Below, piece after piece: positions 15,024-15,212 of a stretch of 15,212 nucleotides of DNA (positions are counted from its first letter, which is position 1; every line of letters begins with the position of its first letter). Origin of the DNA: Chthoniobacteraceae bacterium (lineage in GTDB: Bacteria > Verrucomicrobiota > Verrucomicrobiia > Chthoniobacterales > Chthoniobacteraceae); the NCBI GenBank assembly GCA_031409335.1, contig JANNWY010000058.1, forward strand, positions 1 to 15,212, written 5' to 3'. The translations under genes and the position numbers were made by a program. Under the pieces are notes generated by a model. It ran no database searches. It worked only from the letters and a program-made list of their open reading frames with translations, and had not been told where the DNA came from.

Positions 15024-15212
15024 GAGCCCATCCGGAAAGTCCCTCAAATTTAGGACTTGTACTAAGCATAACATCCATACATCAAGCTTGGGATGCACTC
15101 ATCCCAAACCTATCCCAGTGACCTCACCGACCTCGAATGGAAGCTCCTTGAACCGCTCCTTCCCAAGCCCAAAGACGGCGGGCGACCCATCACGCACTCG
15201 CGCCGGATCATT
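15024..15212 (+). mobile_element. Left end of an IS5-family insertion sequence (IS1031-like subgroup), running off the window
   Basis: Begins GAGCCCATCCGGAAAG directly after TGA (a TNA-type target), followed 69 nt later by an IS5-type transposase N-terminus. The right IR and target duplication are not visible, so the boundary is inferred. Confidence 0.7.
15093..15212 (+). CDS. IS5-family transposase, N-terminal 40 aa (3'-truncated by window; absent from the ORF track)
   Basis: Translates MHSSQTYPSDLTDLEWKLLEPLLPKPKDGGRPITHSRRII; YPSDLTD.EW.LLEPLLP...GRP is the hallmark N-terminus (DUF4096-type) of IS5-family transposases. Confidence 0.9.
   Translation, partial: MHSSQTYPSDLTDLEWKLLEPLLPKPKDGGRPITHSRRII

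Overview
GC-rich bacterial DNA. A Verrucomicrobia/PVC-type origin is my inference from protein style and gene content. Left to right: the 3' part of a fibronectin-III-type gene with an intrinsic terminator; a structured intergenic region with a ~235-bp foldback built from inverted 7-bp tandem repeats and a second 19-bp hairpin; a six-gene operon (large TPR, small TPR, ExbB/TolQ, two ExbD/TolR, and a membrane-anchored vWA protein with a TonB/TolA-type SxxxH anchor) that looks like a proton-motive-force motor lacking a TonB-dependent receptor, TolB or Pal; and a flagellar regulatory locus. That locus has a putative sigma54 fliW-csrA-flagellin operon facing a minus-strand block: a sigma28-type flagellin with CsrA-like GGA sites in its leader, a terminator, then a putative sigma54 operon of secreted protein, TPR protein, FlgN-like protein and NtrC-family response regulator. 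The window ends with a divergent secreted hypothetical gene and the left end of an IS5-family element starting right after that gene's TGA stop. The best leads are the ExbB-ExbD2-vWA/TPR motor, the two-flagellin sigma54/sigma28/CsrA-FliW circuit and the heptamer foldback. All calls come from reading motifs by eye; no searches were run.
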